Source: Arenicellales bacterium (lineage in GTDB: Bacteria > Pseudomonadota > Gammaproteobacteria > Arenicellales > Poriferihabitantaceae). Taken from it: a stretch of 64,000 bases of DNA. The DNA lies in assembly GCA_963693025.1 (NCBI GenBank), contig OY843749.1:438935-502934 (forward strand), read 5' to 3'. Both the position numbers and the translations under genes were made by a program. Below the pieces are notes generated by a model, which was not told where the DNA came from, did no database searches, and saw only the letters and a list, made by a program, of their open reading frames with translations. Positions 63,444 to 64,000 of the stretch are shown one piece after another. The first letter of the stretch is position 1, and each line of letters opens with the position of its first letter.

Positions 63444-63536
63444 GGGTTTTTATTGTTTTTATTATAGACAATACAAACTATAATCCGCCCGCACCCGCTT
63501 TGCCGGGTCCGTATACCTACGCTGAACGGGTTTGTT

Positions 63537-64000
63537 ATGACTAGTCAAATTGAGAACGGCGCCATCAGGGAGATTGACGGCGTTGCGCATATTTTTTATG
63601 ACGATTATTGGATTCGGTATTATGAGCCGCCGGCGGAAGCGCTTTCGGCTAAGAAGAAATTGATTGATGCGCTCACTCGGCGCACTTTTCATCATACCGA
63701 GGCGGGCATCAATACGCCGGGGGAAAAACTTGAGGAGGCGCGGAGCGCTTGGGAGGCGGAGACCGATGCGCGGCGCAAGCGGGTTAATGCGGCGATGCTC
63801 GCCGGTGCGTTGTTCAACCGCGCGACCGATATTTTCACCACCATCGTCGAACTGGAAGAGCGCGGCATTCGCATCAACGGCGACAATGAATTGATGCGCG
63901 AATGCGCCAACTGCTTTACCGAGGCGCTTGAGTTGAGCGTTCATGTCAAGCATTACAGCGGCGAAGATGGCGTGGATGAATTGTGGGGCGAGCCGGTCAA
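63537..64000 (+). CDS. Hypothetical protein (runs off window)
   Basis: Manual translation from ATG 63537, open to the window end: MTSQIENGAIREIDGVAHIFYDDYWIRYYEPP...GALFNRATDIF...DELWGEPV. Confidence 0.7.
   Translation, partial: MTSQIENGAIREIDGVAHIFYDDYWIRYYEPPAEALSAKKKLIDALTRRTFHHTEAGINTPGEKLEEARSAWEAETDARRKRVNAAMLAGALFNRATDIFTTIVELEERGIRINGDNELMRECANCFTEALELSVHVKHYSGEDGVDELWGEPV

Overview
GC-rich bacterial chromosome segment, most likely from a gammaproteobacterium. A marine, possibly host-associated lifestyle is inferred from dmdA, hydroxyproline/amine catabolism genes and a giant repeat adhesin. The window holds housekeeping genes (trmJ, suhB, mutS, fdxA, pepN, waaA, hemF, tsaC, purE, murU, lipB, a D-Ala-D-Ala carboxypeptidase), a 2628-aa autotransporter adhesin, an array of small DUF1640/CCDC90-like membrane coiled-coil genes and a ~28 kb catabolic/ABC-transport region. 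The most notable signals are non-coding. (1) A modular family of CGTC-tagged palindromic repeats (terminus CGTCATTCTCGA) occurs at ~13 loci, with its densest cluster flanking a small GIY-YIG nuclease gene. (2) Two IS110 elements are inserted at the same base of that repeat terminus, and their bridge RNA target and donor guides can be read directly from the sequence. (3) A recurring, strand-symmetric C/A-rich versus G/T-rich compositional halo surrounds the repeats and alters codons and amino acids of neighbouring genes. All gene calls come from motif recognition by eye; no database searches or computations were run.
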